A stretch of 64,000 bases of DNA from Candidatus Bathyarchaeota archaeon (lineage in GTDB: Archaea > Thermoproteota > Bathyarchaeia > Bathyarchaeales > Bathycorpusculaceae), in assembly GCA_963811105.1 (NCBI GenBank), contig CAWEPZ010000011.1:1248001-1312000 (forward strand), read 5' to 3'. The notes below the pieces were generated by a model. It made no database searches. It worked only from the letters and a program-made list of their open reading frames with translations, and was not told where the DNA came from. Both the position numbers and the translations under genes were made by a program. Below, piece after piece: positions 50,518 to 60,520 of the stretch. Numbering within the stretch: position 1 is the stretch's first letter; every line of letters starts with the position of its first letter.

Positions 50518-50656
50518 GTCTCTACCGGGCTCATCCCCAACCAAGTATTTTCCTTATTTTCAAAGCGGCTTACTAGTAAATTGGGGCTCGAATCCCTTCC
50601 CCGGCGCCATTTTTTAGAGCTAATTTAAAGGTTATTTTATATAATCAAGTATAATT
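50518..50656 (+). repeat. 139-bp direct repeat, copy 2 (contains att copy 50583-50610)
   Basis: See copy 1 at 48312-48450. Confidence 0.92.
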
Positions 50657-50770
50657 CTGCCGCCAAGTCTATCTGTGAGAGTGAAGGGAGTAAGAGGTCC
50701 TGTGGCGGATGGAGAACTGCCAAAATGTAAAGAATTTGGAATAAGGATAGCAAATCAACTAAATCCCTAA
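50657..50770 (+). pseudogene. C-terminal fragment of a flavodoxin-like protein
   Basis: Translates LPPSLSVRVKGVRGPVADGELPKCKEFGIRIANQLNP*, starting exactly at the repeat end. Confidence 0.6.
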
Positions 50771-51069
50771 ATCCAAATCATAGAAAAAGAGATAATTTAG
50801 GACTTATTAGAATTGACGGTCTCTATGATTCTAGACGTTGTTTGTGGTATGGAAATTGATCAGAAAAACTCAAAACGGGAAACAGAGCATAAAAATAAAG
50901 TTATCGAATGAATCGCCCGATCAGTACGGCTGTTTTTTTGTTTGGATTTCTCCTAATTCTTTTTTTAATATCCTGTACATTTTTTAAGCATATTCTAAAT
51001 TATTAGGTTAAGACAAAAAAAATTGAAAAATGGAAAGAAAATGGCGATTTCTTAACTTTAGTAGTCGAG

Positions 51070-52686
51070 TTATTTCATTATTGCTTTGAGGTCTTCGTCT
51101 GCTGTTTTAATCGGCATGATGTTGAACTTCTCAACCAGTACCTTTAGTATGTTTGGCGTTATGAATGCGGGCAAGCTTGGTCCTAACCGAATGTCTTTGA
51201 TGCCGAGATACAGCAAGGACAGCAAAATAGCAACCGCCTTCTGTTCATACCACGAGATCACCAGTGAGAGAGGCAAATCGTTGACACCAACTCCGAAAGC
51301 GTCTGCCAAAGCCTGCGCAATTTTTACGGCTGAGTACGCGTCATTGCATTGTCCGACGTCGAGTAACCGTGGGATGTCATCGATTGTGCCTAAGTCTTTG
51401 TCGAAAAAACGGAATTTGCCGCATGCCAACGTTAGGATGATGGTGTTGCTTGGTGCTTTCTCCACGAATTCTGTGAAGTAGCTGCGTCCAGGTTTTGCAC
51501 CGTCACATCCACCCACTAAAAGGAAGCGTTTAATATGCCCGCTTTTGACGGATTCAATGACTTTGCCTGCTACACTTAAAACAGCGTTTCTACCGAATCC
51601 GACCAGAACGGTTTTGCCTTCTACGTCGTCTGTGAAGCCTGGCATCGCTAATGCTTTGTTAATGACTGGTGAGAAGTCTTTGCCTTCGATGTGTGGTACG
51701 CCTGGGTAACCGACCGGTCCAGTTGTGAAGATGTTGCCTTTGTAGCTTTCGACGGGTCGTTGGATGCAGTTGGTTGTCATGAGTATGGCGCCTGGGAACT
51801 GGGCGAATTCTTTCTGTTGGTTTTGCCATGCGGTGCCGTAATGACCGTAGAAATTAGAGTACTTCTTGAGTCCGGGGTAACCATGGGTAGGAAGCATTTC
51901 GCCGTGAGTGTAGATGGTGATGCCTTTGCCCTGCGTTTGCTTTAGAATCTCTTCTAAGTCGATTAGGTCGTGTCCTGAAACAACGATAGCTTTGCCCTTT
52001 TTGTGTCCCAACGGCACTTTTGTGGGAACTGGATGTCCATAGGTTTCCGTGTTGCCTGCATCGAGAAGTTCCATGGCACGGATGTTGATTTCACCGCACT
52101 TCAAAACTAAACCCACAAAATCGTTTACTCCAAGCGATTTGTCAAATGGAGCCACTAATCCTTGATGGATGAAATCGAAGACTTTCGGGTCTTTTTTGCC
52201 TAAAAGATACGCATGGTAAGAGTAAGCTGCAACTCCTTTTAACCCATAAGTTAGAAGCCACTGCAACGAATGAAGGTCCGGGTCAATTGTCGTGTCGGAG
52301 TTTATTCCGTGTTGTTTGCCCTGTGCAACTAAGTCTGCCATGGTGTTTTCCAACGGCAAATAAGTTGCTTTGACGCCTAATTTTTTATGCAGTTGGTCGT
52401 GTAGTTCAGCGGTTTTTTTGATGTAGGCAATGATTGCTTCTGGATCAAAATTCACGTTAGTTAAGGTTACGAAGAGTGCTTCAGCGGTGAAGACGTTGAT
52501 TTTTTCGTCTTTGAAGCCAGCTTCGTCTGCTTTTATAACAAGTTGGCTTAGTTCCCTTAGCTTGTAAACTAAGAGGTCTTGAAGGTTCGCAACGTTGGCT
52601 GTTTTGCCGCAGACCCCAGCGATTGTGCAGCCTGTGCCTTTGGCTGTTTGTTCGCATTGGTAACAGAACATTTGATTCTGACTCAT
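51070..52686 (-). CDS. hcp: Hybrid cluster protein (hydroxylamine reductase)
   Basis: MFCYQCEQT...GC...GVCGK, SGHDL, YTHGEMLP, TTNC, GGCDG, ACGKFRF, GQCND and WYEQKA. Confidence 0.97.
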   Translation of the reverse strand: MSQNQMFCYQCEQTAKGTGCTIAGVCGKTANVANLQDLLVYKLRELSQLVIKADEAGFKDEKINVFTAEALFVTLTNVNFDPEAIIAYIKKTAELHDQLHKKLGVKATYLPLENTMADLVAQGKQHGINSDTTIDPDLHSLQWLLTYGLKGVAAYSYHAYLLGKKDPKVFDFIHQGLVAPFDKSLGVNDFVGLVLKCGEINIRAMELLDAGNTETYGHPVPTKVPLGHKKGKAIVVSGHDLIDLEEILKQTQGKGITIYTHGEMLPTHGYPGLKKYSNFYGHYGTAWQNQQKEFAQFPGAILMTTNCIQRPVESYKGNIFTTGPVGYPGVPHIEGKDFSPVINKALAMPGFTDDVEGKTVLVGFGRNAVLSVAGKVIESVKSGHIKRFLLVGGCDGAKPGRSYFTEFVEKAPSNTIILTLACGKFRFFDKDLGTIDDIPRLLDVGQCNDAYSAVKIAQALADAFGVGVNDLPLSLVISWYEQKAVAILLSLLYLGIKDIRLGPSLPAFITPNILKVLVEKFNIMPIKTADEDLKAIMK

Positions 52687-52780
52687 ACTTTTCACCTTGG
52701 TTAACTATAATGGCTTCAATGCAGATAGGGTTTACCCCGAACATGCGAGGGATTACAGAAAAACATTCACAGATGCCGGG

Positions 52781-53407
52781 TTAGATTTCCCGTTTAAAAT
52801 AATGCTCCAGCAACCTGCGCATACCCCGCCGCATAGTCTCAGAAAGCGTCGAGGTGCTAATTCTAAGCTTCGTCGCAAGCTCCTCCATACCAATTTGCCG
52901 CGGATAATCAAAAAACCCACTCTTCAGAGCTAACCAAAAAATCCTCTCCTGGTTCTCGGTTAAGACACCGATTTGCTGCTCAAACTTGCCGATTTTACGC
53001 ACGTTAACTTTGTGCCCAGCTTTTTCTAAGTCATCTATTATGCCTTTGTAGGCTTCAAAAGTCGGCACCATGAAGCTGTAGGTTATGATGTTCTCGTGCA
53101 TGCTTTTGCCCGACACCAAAAAAGCGTCGTGTGCCAAAATTGTGTTGCAGACTTCGCAGCCTTCGCTCTCCAGCCAAACCGCTGATTTGCCTTCCACATG
53201 GCCTTTAGCTGCCAGTTCTTTGGGGACTTTGTGGGCTTGGTCTTCGCCGACATCCATTAGGTGCCGCACGCAGCCGCCGCTTGAGCTGCGCACGTCAACA
53301 ACTTTTAGGTGGCTAAACCCCAAGGAAGCAAGTTTCTTTACCATTTTACACTGCTTATTTTCAACTTCAATTACAACATGATAAGGTTCACGCCAAGCAT
53401 CGACCAA
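52781..53407 (-). CDS. Transcriptional regulator with C-terminal bacterio-opsin-activator-type HTH (HTH_10)
   Basis: LTENQERIFWLALKSGFFDYPRQIGMEELATKLRISTSTLSETMRR; CxxC in the sensor domain. Confidence 0.88.
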   Translation of the reverse strand: MVDAWREPYHVVIEVENKQCKMVKKLASLGFSHLKVVDVRSSSGGCVRHLMDVGEDQAHKVPKELAAKGHVEGKSAVWLESEGCEVCNTILAHDAFLVSGKSMHENIITYSFMVPTFEAYKGIIDDLEKAGHKVNVRKIGKFEQQIGVLTENQERIFWLALKSGFFDYPRQIGMEELATKLRISTSTLSETMRRGMRRLLEHYFKREI

Positions 53408-53872
53408 ACCAATCAGCCTCGTCTGTCTAAACTCAAAAACAAGCAGTTAAACATACGTCTATTCGACCAACCATAAATTGGTTTTCTGATAGTTTTTTTA
53501 CAAAGAAAAACTGGAGCTTGAACTGCTACTTAATCCAAAAGGTAATTGGTAATTAGATTAACATATTGTCTATGGGTTGGTAGATCTATAGTGTAATTTT
53601 GTGACGAGTTTAACCCGAAACTTTTGCATCAACTCTTAGGAGAATACTGGTAATGATGATTAAAGCTGTTGAACGTGAGACTTTCTTAATTAGCGTCTTC
53701 TGAACTTCAGATGTGAATTTTGCCGGTTCTGCACTTAAACTGCGTAAGTCTCTATGGTTCTGTATTCAAAGGGTTCAAGACCTATATACCCTCAAGCGAT
53801 TAAAGCAAACTCACAGAAGAAACCCCCTGTAAGAAGAGGAGTCGGTATGTTTACTTCAAAATAATCCCGGGT

Positions 53873-53913
53873 TTACTAGTAAATTGGGGTTCGAATCCCT
53901 TCCCCGGCGCCAT
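53873..53913 (+). repeat. att copy: TTACTAGTAAATT plus a perfect 28-bp tRNA-Ser 3' end
   Basis: GGGGTTCGAATCCCTTCCCCGGCGCCAT at 53886-53913 is identical to 44148-44175. Confidence 0.93.
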
Positions 53914-53947
53914 CAACTTACTTTTGGACAAATCCCCGGCTAGCGGG

Positions 53948-54740
53948 TTATTTGGGCTTTTTGAAGATTTTGCTCTTGTCGTAATCGCAAACGTATTGGA
54001 ATCCTGCTTCTAGCAGTTTGCGTGCCTCTTCAAGTGTTCAAGCGACTTTGACAACATAATCCTGATCGCCGAAGTCTATCAATTGGGTATATCGCATCGT
54101 ATTCTTGATGTTCTTGTGACCAAGCGTTCGCATAAAGTGAAGGATATCTTTAGTTCTGTGGTTCTCCATAGTGGCTTTCCAGTGTCGCATAGTATGAAAA
54201 GTTATTCTTAACAGTCGCGGGTTTTTACTTTTATCGGCAGCTATTTTTCTGTTGCGCTCGAAAAGTCGAGCTGTTGTCGCTAGTTTGCTCCTCCAAAGAC
54301 GAACTTGTTTCTCTTTGGCAGGTCTTCTATTCGTTCCAGTAGTGTGAGGTTCTTAGGATTCTGGGATTGCTATGTTTTTCGGGTGTTATCCTTACGGTTC
54401 TTTTTTCAGCATCGATGTCTGTCCATTCTATTTGCCAGCCTTCGCCTCGCCTTGCACCTGTTTCTTTCAGCAGCTGGGTAGATGTGCCTGTCTATTTTCC
54501 TAATGAGGCGATTAAGTAGTCGATTTCACTTTCTGTCGGTATGAAAGATAGCTTTTCGACGGCTTTGATTCTGGGTGGATTCCATGTTCCGCCTAGTGAA
54601 TTGAGGGTTCTTAGGAATCTTCTTAGGCACTGAGCGTATTGAACCAGACTTTCTACGGGTGTGAAGAATAAGACGAAGTCAGAGTTTAGAAAGCGGATGA
54701 TGATTTCGATGTTAACCTTGGAACAGTGAAATTTTCGCAT
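53948..54740 (-). pseudogene. Tyrosine recombinase/integrase, disrupted
   Basis: LLKETGARRGE (R), TPEKHSNPR (K), ITFHTMRHWKAT (HxxR), LGHKNIKNTMRY (H, Y). In-frame TAG and TGA stops and a deletion/frameshift. Confidence 0.9.
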
Positions 54741-54805
54741 CCATCACAGGCCTAACCGGAATTATTATCGGGCTATTTGTAGGGAAAAACCTTGATTCTT
54801 ACCAG

Positions 54806-55138
54806 GTGGAACCAAGCTTAATGGCGAGGGGCAAACCTTGTACAGTTGAAGATGAAAGGCAACTTCGACAATTCTTAACAGAAAAAAAGTCTAGGCGTTC
54901 TATTGCAAAGATTCTGGGCAAATCCCTGACTTCTGTGCAGATGAAAACATCGCGCTTAGGCTTAGTAGTTGTTGATGGCGTGTTTTTTTCACTCCCATCA
55001 ACAACTACCTTTGATAAGTTAATTTTGCCAATTGAGTTACCTTCAATTGAGCAAGAACTAAAGATCTTGGTTGCAGCTTTGAAATATCTTGAAACGCCGA
55101 ATTTAGATAAAACTGATGTTTTGCGTTTACGCGGCATA
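54806..55138 (+). pseudogene. Truncated HTH-type element protein, fused in frame to a DUF3800 remnant
   Basis: MARGKPCTVEDERQLR...RSIAKILGKSLTSVQMKTSRLGL; sequence character changes abruptly at ~55139. Confidence 0.55.
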
Positions 55139-55766
55139 GACCTCGGTTTTTCTGAAAAAGCAACAAAATATTTTATAGTAGCTTACGTAGAATGCGAGAC
55201 ACCGGTAAGACTCCGAACAGAGCTAAGACGCCTTCTAAAACGTCTACACCAAAAAGAAAGATACTCTAAGAGCCGAAACGAGCTCAAATTCTCAAGAATG
55301 GATGAATATTGCAGAAAAAGCGCCCTAACAAAAAATAATCGAGTGTGACGCTTCACTAGGCGCCGTCGTTTTAGAGAAGGCACGTGTAAAAGACGAACTA
55401 AGGAAAGATCCGCCAATTCTCTACAACTGGTTTCTAGTCCACAACATAATGCTCTCGCTTATTCCCCAAATCACCGCTGGAAACAAAATACAGATAAACT
55501 TCGACAAAAGCCTCCCAATGTAGAGAATAAACCAATTCAATTCATACGTAACAAACAAGGCCAGCTACCTCTTATATGAAACAGGAAACAGCCCCCCACC
55601 CAACTGTATTTTATTAAATCACGTAGCTTCTGAAAAAAAAGAATTCTGCCTGCAAGCAGCCGACGCAATAGCAGGAGCATACTTCCAAAAATATGAAAAA
55701 CAAAACGATGAATATGTCAAAATCATTGAGCATAAAGTTGGTTACTTCAAATATCTCTGGAAATAA
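55139..55766 (+). pseudogene. DUF3800-family protein, N-truncated and frameshifted
   Basis: DLGFSEKATKYFIVA, NELKF, then in other frames ...LYNWF...FDKS...CLQAADAIAG...KYLWK*. The start of the DESGD motif is missing. Confidence 0.75.
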
Positions 55767-55773
55767 CAGAAAC

Positions 55774-55843
55774 GCGACCCCTATCCTAATACTCCAATCC
55801 CACAAACGCGCAGGCATCATTGCCTCGGATAGGACTTACTCGC
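55774..55843 (+). ncRNA. Putative structured RNA downstream of the DUF3800 gene
   Basis: Nested pairing GCGA/TCGC and CCTATCC/GGATAGG, with an inner hairpin AGGCA-TCAT-TGCCT. Confidence 0.6.
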
Positions 55844-56104
55844 AATAAAACAATATTACCTTAAAATTATTTAAGCCTTATTCTTCATGAATCCACTTCC
55901 CCTTCTTCATTAATCTTAATCCTTTGGTAACCCCTAAGGTAACCCCTTCAAAGCTGAGGCTGTAAAATTCTGCAAACAAAAGCACAGATGCCACGCGAAC
56001 CCGCGTTTGAACCCTCGGATATAGAATAGTGAAATTACTTTGAGGGTTCTTAAGCTTCAATGCCTTTACTGTCTATAATATGAAATAGTAAAAAGAGGAA
56101 TAAT

Positions 56105-56353
56105 ATGAGTAAATCAAGGCAAGGTGGCAGTTACGAGGGAAAACGTGGTCATGGCAAGGGTTTTAAACGTTGTCCAGTCGAGTTGGGAGAAGAATTAGAA
56201 GCAGAAATTACGGAATTGAGCTCAAAAGGGGAAGGCATAGCTAGAAATCAAGGCTTTCCAATTTATGTTGCCGACGCAAAACCTGGAGACCGAGTAAAAA
56301 TAAAGATAACCAGAATAACCGACAAAGCAGCAAACGCACAAGTAGTCAAATAG
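56105..56353 (+). CDS. Single TRAM-domain protein (archaeal RNA chaperone / cold-shock type)
   Basis: PVELGEELEAEITELSSKGEGIARNQGFPIYVADAKPGDRVKIKIT. Confidence 0.9.
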   Translation: MSKSRQGGSYEGKRGHGKGFKRCPVELGEELEAEITELSSKGEGIARNQGFPIYVADAKPGDRVKIKITRITDKAANAQVVK

Positions 56354-56651
56354 ATCGCGCTCAGCAAAAACGCGAACTAACATTTTTGAAAAATCAACGT
56401 GTACAGTTTAAAACTAAATAGTTAGTTAGAAATCGCGTTGCAATTTCTAAACGGGTTTAAATCCCTGTTTGACCATATCTACATTACAGAGCGAGCGGTT
56501 TTAGAACAGTAGAAAATGTTTAGTCTCCAGTCTCTTACTGTTCAAATCATCTTATTCAACGTGACTGAGATTTGGGCATTTCCTGCGAATCACAAAAACG
56601 CTTACTATGCTAAAAAAGACTATTAATGAATAAAATTATGGAGAGAATAAC

Positions 56652-58292
56652 TTGGCATATTTAACTCAAACCCAAAGTGGTCAACCTGTACTCATTCTGA
56701 AGGAGGGGACCTCTCGAAGCAGAGGGAAAGAAGCCCAGAGAAACAATATAATGGCCGCACGAGTAATTGGCGAAGTACTCAAAACAACCTTAGGCCCAAA
56801 GGGCATGGACAAAATGCTCATCGACAGCCTAGGCGACATAACAATAACAAACGACGGCGCTGCAATCCTAAAAGAAATAGACGTCGAGCACCCAGCAGCA
56901 AAAATGATGGTTGAAATCGCCAAGACACAAGACGACATGGTGGGCGACGGAACAACAACCGCCGTGGTGTTGGCCAGTGAACTTCTCAAGAAAGCTGAAG
57001 AATTATTGGATCAGAACATTCACCCAATCATACTTGTCAGTGGATACCGCAAGGCATCTCAAAAAGCAATCGAAATCATAGAGAAAATCGCGGTGCCCAT
57101 CGACGTGGAAGATCAAAAAACAATGATGAAAGTCGCCTTGACGTCCATGGGAAGTAAAGCCGTGGGTGGTGCTAAAGAGCACTTTGCAGAAATCGCCATA
57201 GAAGCTGTAAAGCAGATATCCGAGAAACGTGGAGACAAGACAATAGCAGACATAGATAACATACAGCTGGTGAAGAAGACGGGAAAAAGCCTCATCGAGA
57301 CGCAACTCGTCAGAGGCATAATCGTTGACAAAGAAGTCGTCCATCCAGCGATGCCCCGAAAAAAAGAAAACGCGAAAATCGCACTTTTAGATTCTGCATT
57401 GGAAATTGAGAAAACCGAAATGAGCGCCGAAATACGCATACGCGATCCGAACCAAATGAAAGCTTTCCTCGACCAAGAGGACAGCATGCTCAAAGACATG
57501 GTGACCAAGATCAAAGCTTCAGGCGCCGCTGTTGTGTTCTGCCAGAAAGGATTAGACGACATGGTTCAACACTACCTATCTAAAGAAGGAATAATGGCTG
57601 CCAGACGTCTCAAGGAGTCAGACATGGAGAAACTCGCAAGAGCAACAGGCGGAAGAGTTACCTCCAATTTGAACGATTTGAAGACGACAGACTTAGGTTT
57701 TGCCGGCTTGGTCGAAGAGCGCAAGATCGGCGACGACAAAATGATCTTCGTTGAAAAATGCAAAGATCCTCACTCAGTAGCCATACTGATACGAGCAGGG
57801 CTTGAACGAATGGTGGATGAAGCTGAAAGAGCAATTATCGACGCGCTTTCAGTTGTTTCAGATGTTGTTGAAAACAGCAAAATCGTCGCAGGCGGAGGAG
57901 CCGCAGAAATCGAAGTTGCAAAAGAACTGCGCAAATACGCCAACAAAGTCGGCGGAAGAGAACAATTAGCCGTTGAAGCATTCGCAGATGCAATGGAAGT
58001 AATCCCACGTACACTCGCAGAAAACGCTGGGCTAGATCCAATAGATGTACTAGCGGAACTAAGATCAGCACACGACAAAGAAACCGGCAAATACATGGGC
58101 ATAAACGTTTTCACGGGAAAAGTGCAGAACAGCATCGACAACGGCGTAATCGAACCAATCGCCGTTAAAGAACAAGCAATCAAATCCGCAGCAGAATCAG
58201 CAGCCATGATACTACGCATTGACGATGTCATAACATCCAAAGCGCCAAAAGGCGGACCAGCCGGTCGGAATGCCCGGCGGTCCCGAAGGTGA
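56652..58292 (+). CDS. ths: Thermosome (group II chaperonin) subunit
   Basis: [30 protein letters not shown] and ILRIDDVI. Confidence 0.96.
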   Translation: MAYLTQTQSGQPVLILKEGTSRSRGKEAQRNNIMAARVIGEVLKTTLGPKGMDKMLIDSLGDITITNDGAAILKEIDVEHPAAKMMVEIAKTQDDMVGDGTTTAVVLASELLKKAEELLDQNIHPIILVSGYRKASQKAIEIIEKIAVPIDVEDQKTMMKVALTSMGSKAVGGAKEHFAEIAIEAVKQISEKRGDKTIADIDNIQLVKKTGKSLIETQLVRGIIVDKEVVHPAMPRKKENAKIALLDSALEIEKTEMSAEIRIRDPNQMKAFLDQEDSMLKDMVTKIKASGAAVVFCQKGLDDMVQHYLSKEGIMAARRLKESDMEKLARATGGRVTSNLNDLKTTDLGFAGLVEERKIGDDKMIFVEKCKDPHSVAILIRAGLERMVDEAERAIIDALSVVSDVVENSKIVAGGGAAEIEVAKELRKYANKVGGREQLAVEAFADAMEVIPRTLAENAGLDPIDVLAELRSAHDKETGKYMGINVFTGKVQNSIDNGVIEPIAVKEQAIKSAAESAAMILRIDDVITSKAPKGGPAGRNARRSRR

Positions 58293-58454
58293 AGAATAAA
58301 AATCGCCCAATTCTTTAAAAAATAACCGTTGTGCGTGTTTAAAAAGATCTAGCCCTGTTTAGGGGCTATGGATGAAAAAGTTACCTTGAATATTAACCCA
58401 GTTAATAGTGGTTTTTTTTGAAAGTAGGATCTTTGTAATTGTTGTTAAGGGGTG

Positions 58455-60122
58455 TTAATATTCTGGTGGCATGCCGCCGTAGCCACCGCCTGGCATTCCG
58501 CCAGGAGGCATGCGTGGAGCTTTCATCTTTCCAGAGGCGATGACATCATCGATCCTCAGTATCATTGTGGCCGCTTCGTTGGCTGACTTGATTGTCTGTT
58601 TCTTAACAGCTAAGGGTTCGTAGACTTCTAGGTCTTTCATATCTCTGATTTTTCCTTCCAAAACGTTGACACCTGCCCATTTTTCGCCCTTCTCATGGCG
58701 GGTTCTGAGCTCTAATAGAAAATCTATAGGGTCAAGGCCTGCGTTTTCGCCCAATGTTAATGGCACAATTTCCATGGCTTCGCCGAAGCTTCGGATGGCA
58801 AGTTGTTCTCTGCCTGGTAGCGTTTCAGCATAGCTTCTTAGTGCTTTAGCGATTTCCATTTCTGGAGCTCCCCCTCCCGCAACGATCTTGGGTTCCTGAA
58901 CTACGTCTCGGACTACGCATAAAGCATCGTGAAGTGATCGTTCAGCCTCATCAACAAAGCGTTTATCCGCACCTCGTATGAGAATAGCTACTGCATGGGG
59001 GTTTTTGCATCCTTCGATGAAGACCATCTTGTCGTTGCCGATCTTCCTCTCCTCAACGATTTCTGCAAAGCCTAGGTCGCTTTTTAAGAGGCTTTCTATG
59101 TTAATAACAGGCTTTCCGCCGGTGGCTTTTGATAGTTTCTTCATATCCGACTCTTTGACTCGTTGTACGGCTAAGACTCCTTTCCTAGCCAAGAAGTGCT
59201 TGACCATGTCATCTATGCCTTTCTGGCACATAACGACGTTGGCACTTGAGGAAACTATCTTTTCAACCATTGTCTTAAGCATTTTCTCTTCTTCTTGTAG
59301 GAAAGATTGTATCTGTTCTGGACGTTCAATGTTGATTTTAGCGTCGAACTCGGTCTTTTCAATCTCAAGTGCACTTTCCAATAATGCTATGTTTGCTTTT
59401 TCCACCCGTTTAGGCATGTCTGAGTGCACAACTTCCTTGTCAATAACTAATCCCTCGATGAGTTTGGTTTCAGTCATGGATTCGCCTGGCTTTTTCTCCA
59501 CCATAATATCGTCTAAGTCTACTGTGTAGTTTTCTCCAACTTTTTTGGCTACATGTAAAACGGCATTAACTACTATGTCTGCAAGTTGTTCTTTGTTCGT
59601 AGCCACCAGCTTACTGGCCATAGAGGTTGCCGCAATCTTTACCAAAAACTCTTTTCCTGTAGGTTTAACGGAAAACGCGATTTTTTCAAGGGTTTCAAGA
59701 GCTTTATCGGCTGCTTTGCTGTATCCTTCGACAATTAGGATGGGGTGTATGCCCTTGTTTATCAAGTCTTCAGCTTTTCCTAAGAGTTCGCCGGCAACTA
59801 TCACCGATGTGGTGGTTCCGTCTCCCACTTCCGCGTCTTGGGTCTTAGCTACTTCAACCATCATTTTAGCAGCTGGATGGTCAATATCCATCTTATCAAG
59901 GATAGTCCGTCCATCACTGGTAATGATTACATCGCCAGAACTATCCACCAACATCTTATCCATGCCTTTGGGGCCTAACGAACTTTTTATGGCTTCCGCG
60001 ATTGTTTTTGCTGCCATAATGTTGTTGCGTTGGACATCCCTGCCCTTAGATCGTCCAGATCCTTCCCTCATAATTAGAACAGGCACGCCACCTGTTTGCG
60101 AAGACAAAAAATATTCCTCCAT
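58455..60122 (-). CDS. ths: Thermosome (group II chaperonin) subunit, second paralog
   Basis: [25 protein letters not shown] and a GGMPGGGYGGM tail. Confidence 0.96.
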   Translation of the reverse strand: MEEYFLSSQTGGVPVLIMREGSGRSKGRDVQRNNIMAAKTIAEAIKSSLGPKGMDKMLVDSSGDVIITSDGRTILDKMDIDHPAAKMMVEVAKTQDAEVGDGTTTSVIVAGELLGKAEDLINKGIHPILIVEGYSKAADKALETLEKIAFSVKPTGKEFLVKIAATSMASKLVATNKEQLADIVVNAVLHVAKKVGENYTVDLDDIMVEKKPGESMTETKLIEGLVIDKEVVHSDMPKRVEKANIALLESALEIEKTEFDAKINIERPEQIQSFLQEEEKMLKTMVEKIVSSSANVVMCQKGIDDMVKHFLARKGVLAVQRVKESDMKKLSKATGGKPVINIESLLKSDLGFAEIVEERKIGNDKMVFIEGCKNPHAVAILIRGADKRFVDEAERSLHDALCVVRDVVQEPKIVAGGGAPEMEIAKALRSYAETLPGREQLAIRSFGEAMEIVPLTLGENAGLDPIDFLLELRTRHEKGEKWAGVNVLEGKIRDMKDLEVYEPLAVKKQTIKSANEAATMILRIDDVIASGKMKAPRMPPGGMPGGGYGGMPPEY

Positions 60123-60337
60123 ATATCACTACAAGCGTGATTCAGTTAAGGCTTTCCTAGTTTTGCTCCGAACCTAATTCTGCACTACTCTGAGTCTATT
60201 TCTAAACAACAAAGTTGCTTTCGCCATGCGTATCTTCCAGCTTTAGCAAGGCTTGACGCTGAAGTTGAAATACTGAAAATAGTTCTTGCATACGGACTTT
60301 CGCCCTAAATCAGGCTAGTAGCCTCTATTTCTCCTTC

Positions 60338-60520
60338 CTATTTTTTGGCAGGTGCTATATGATAGTTTTCGTATATTTCCGCTTGGGTAAGCCCGTAAAA
60401 CTCTGCGTATCCCTGCACGCGTGCTTTCTTGTTTTCAAGGCATTCAGGATTAATACAGATGTACTCGCCGCATACACCCTCTATTCGCTTAAGAATTTTA
60501 TCGCAAGCAGGACATTTCAT
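60338..60520 (-). CDS. Small zinc-finger protein
   Basis: MKCPACD...YICINPEC, 60 aa. Confidence 0.6.
   Translation of the reverse strand: MKCPACDKILKRIEGVCGEYICINPECLENKKARVQGYAEFYGLTQAEIYENYHIAPAKK

Larger units (their letters stand above)
44148..54740. mobile_element. Tandem genomic island at tRNA-Ser: four att copies, three cargo segments and a decayed integrase. It may extend further right.
   Basis: The 28-bp tRNA 3' end occurs at 44148, 48377, 50583 and 53886. An integrase pseudogene lies next to the last copy, and IS and gene fragments lie inside. Confidence 0.88.

Noticed and set aside
54030-54045. TGA read-through or selenocysteine in the integrase
   Set aside because: The gene has other stops and a frameshift, so ordinary decay explains it.
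55927-56049. GGTAACCCCT direct repeat and GAACCCTC/GAGGGTTC inverted repeat upstream of TRAM
   Set aside because: Short enough to be chance; no function can be supported.
56681-60177. Long antisense ORFs over both thermosome genes (also over rpl3, hcp and the oxidoreductase)
   Set aside because: They are codon-bias shadows of real genes on the opposite strand.
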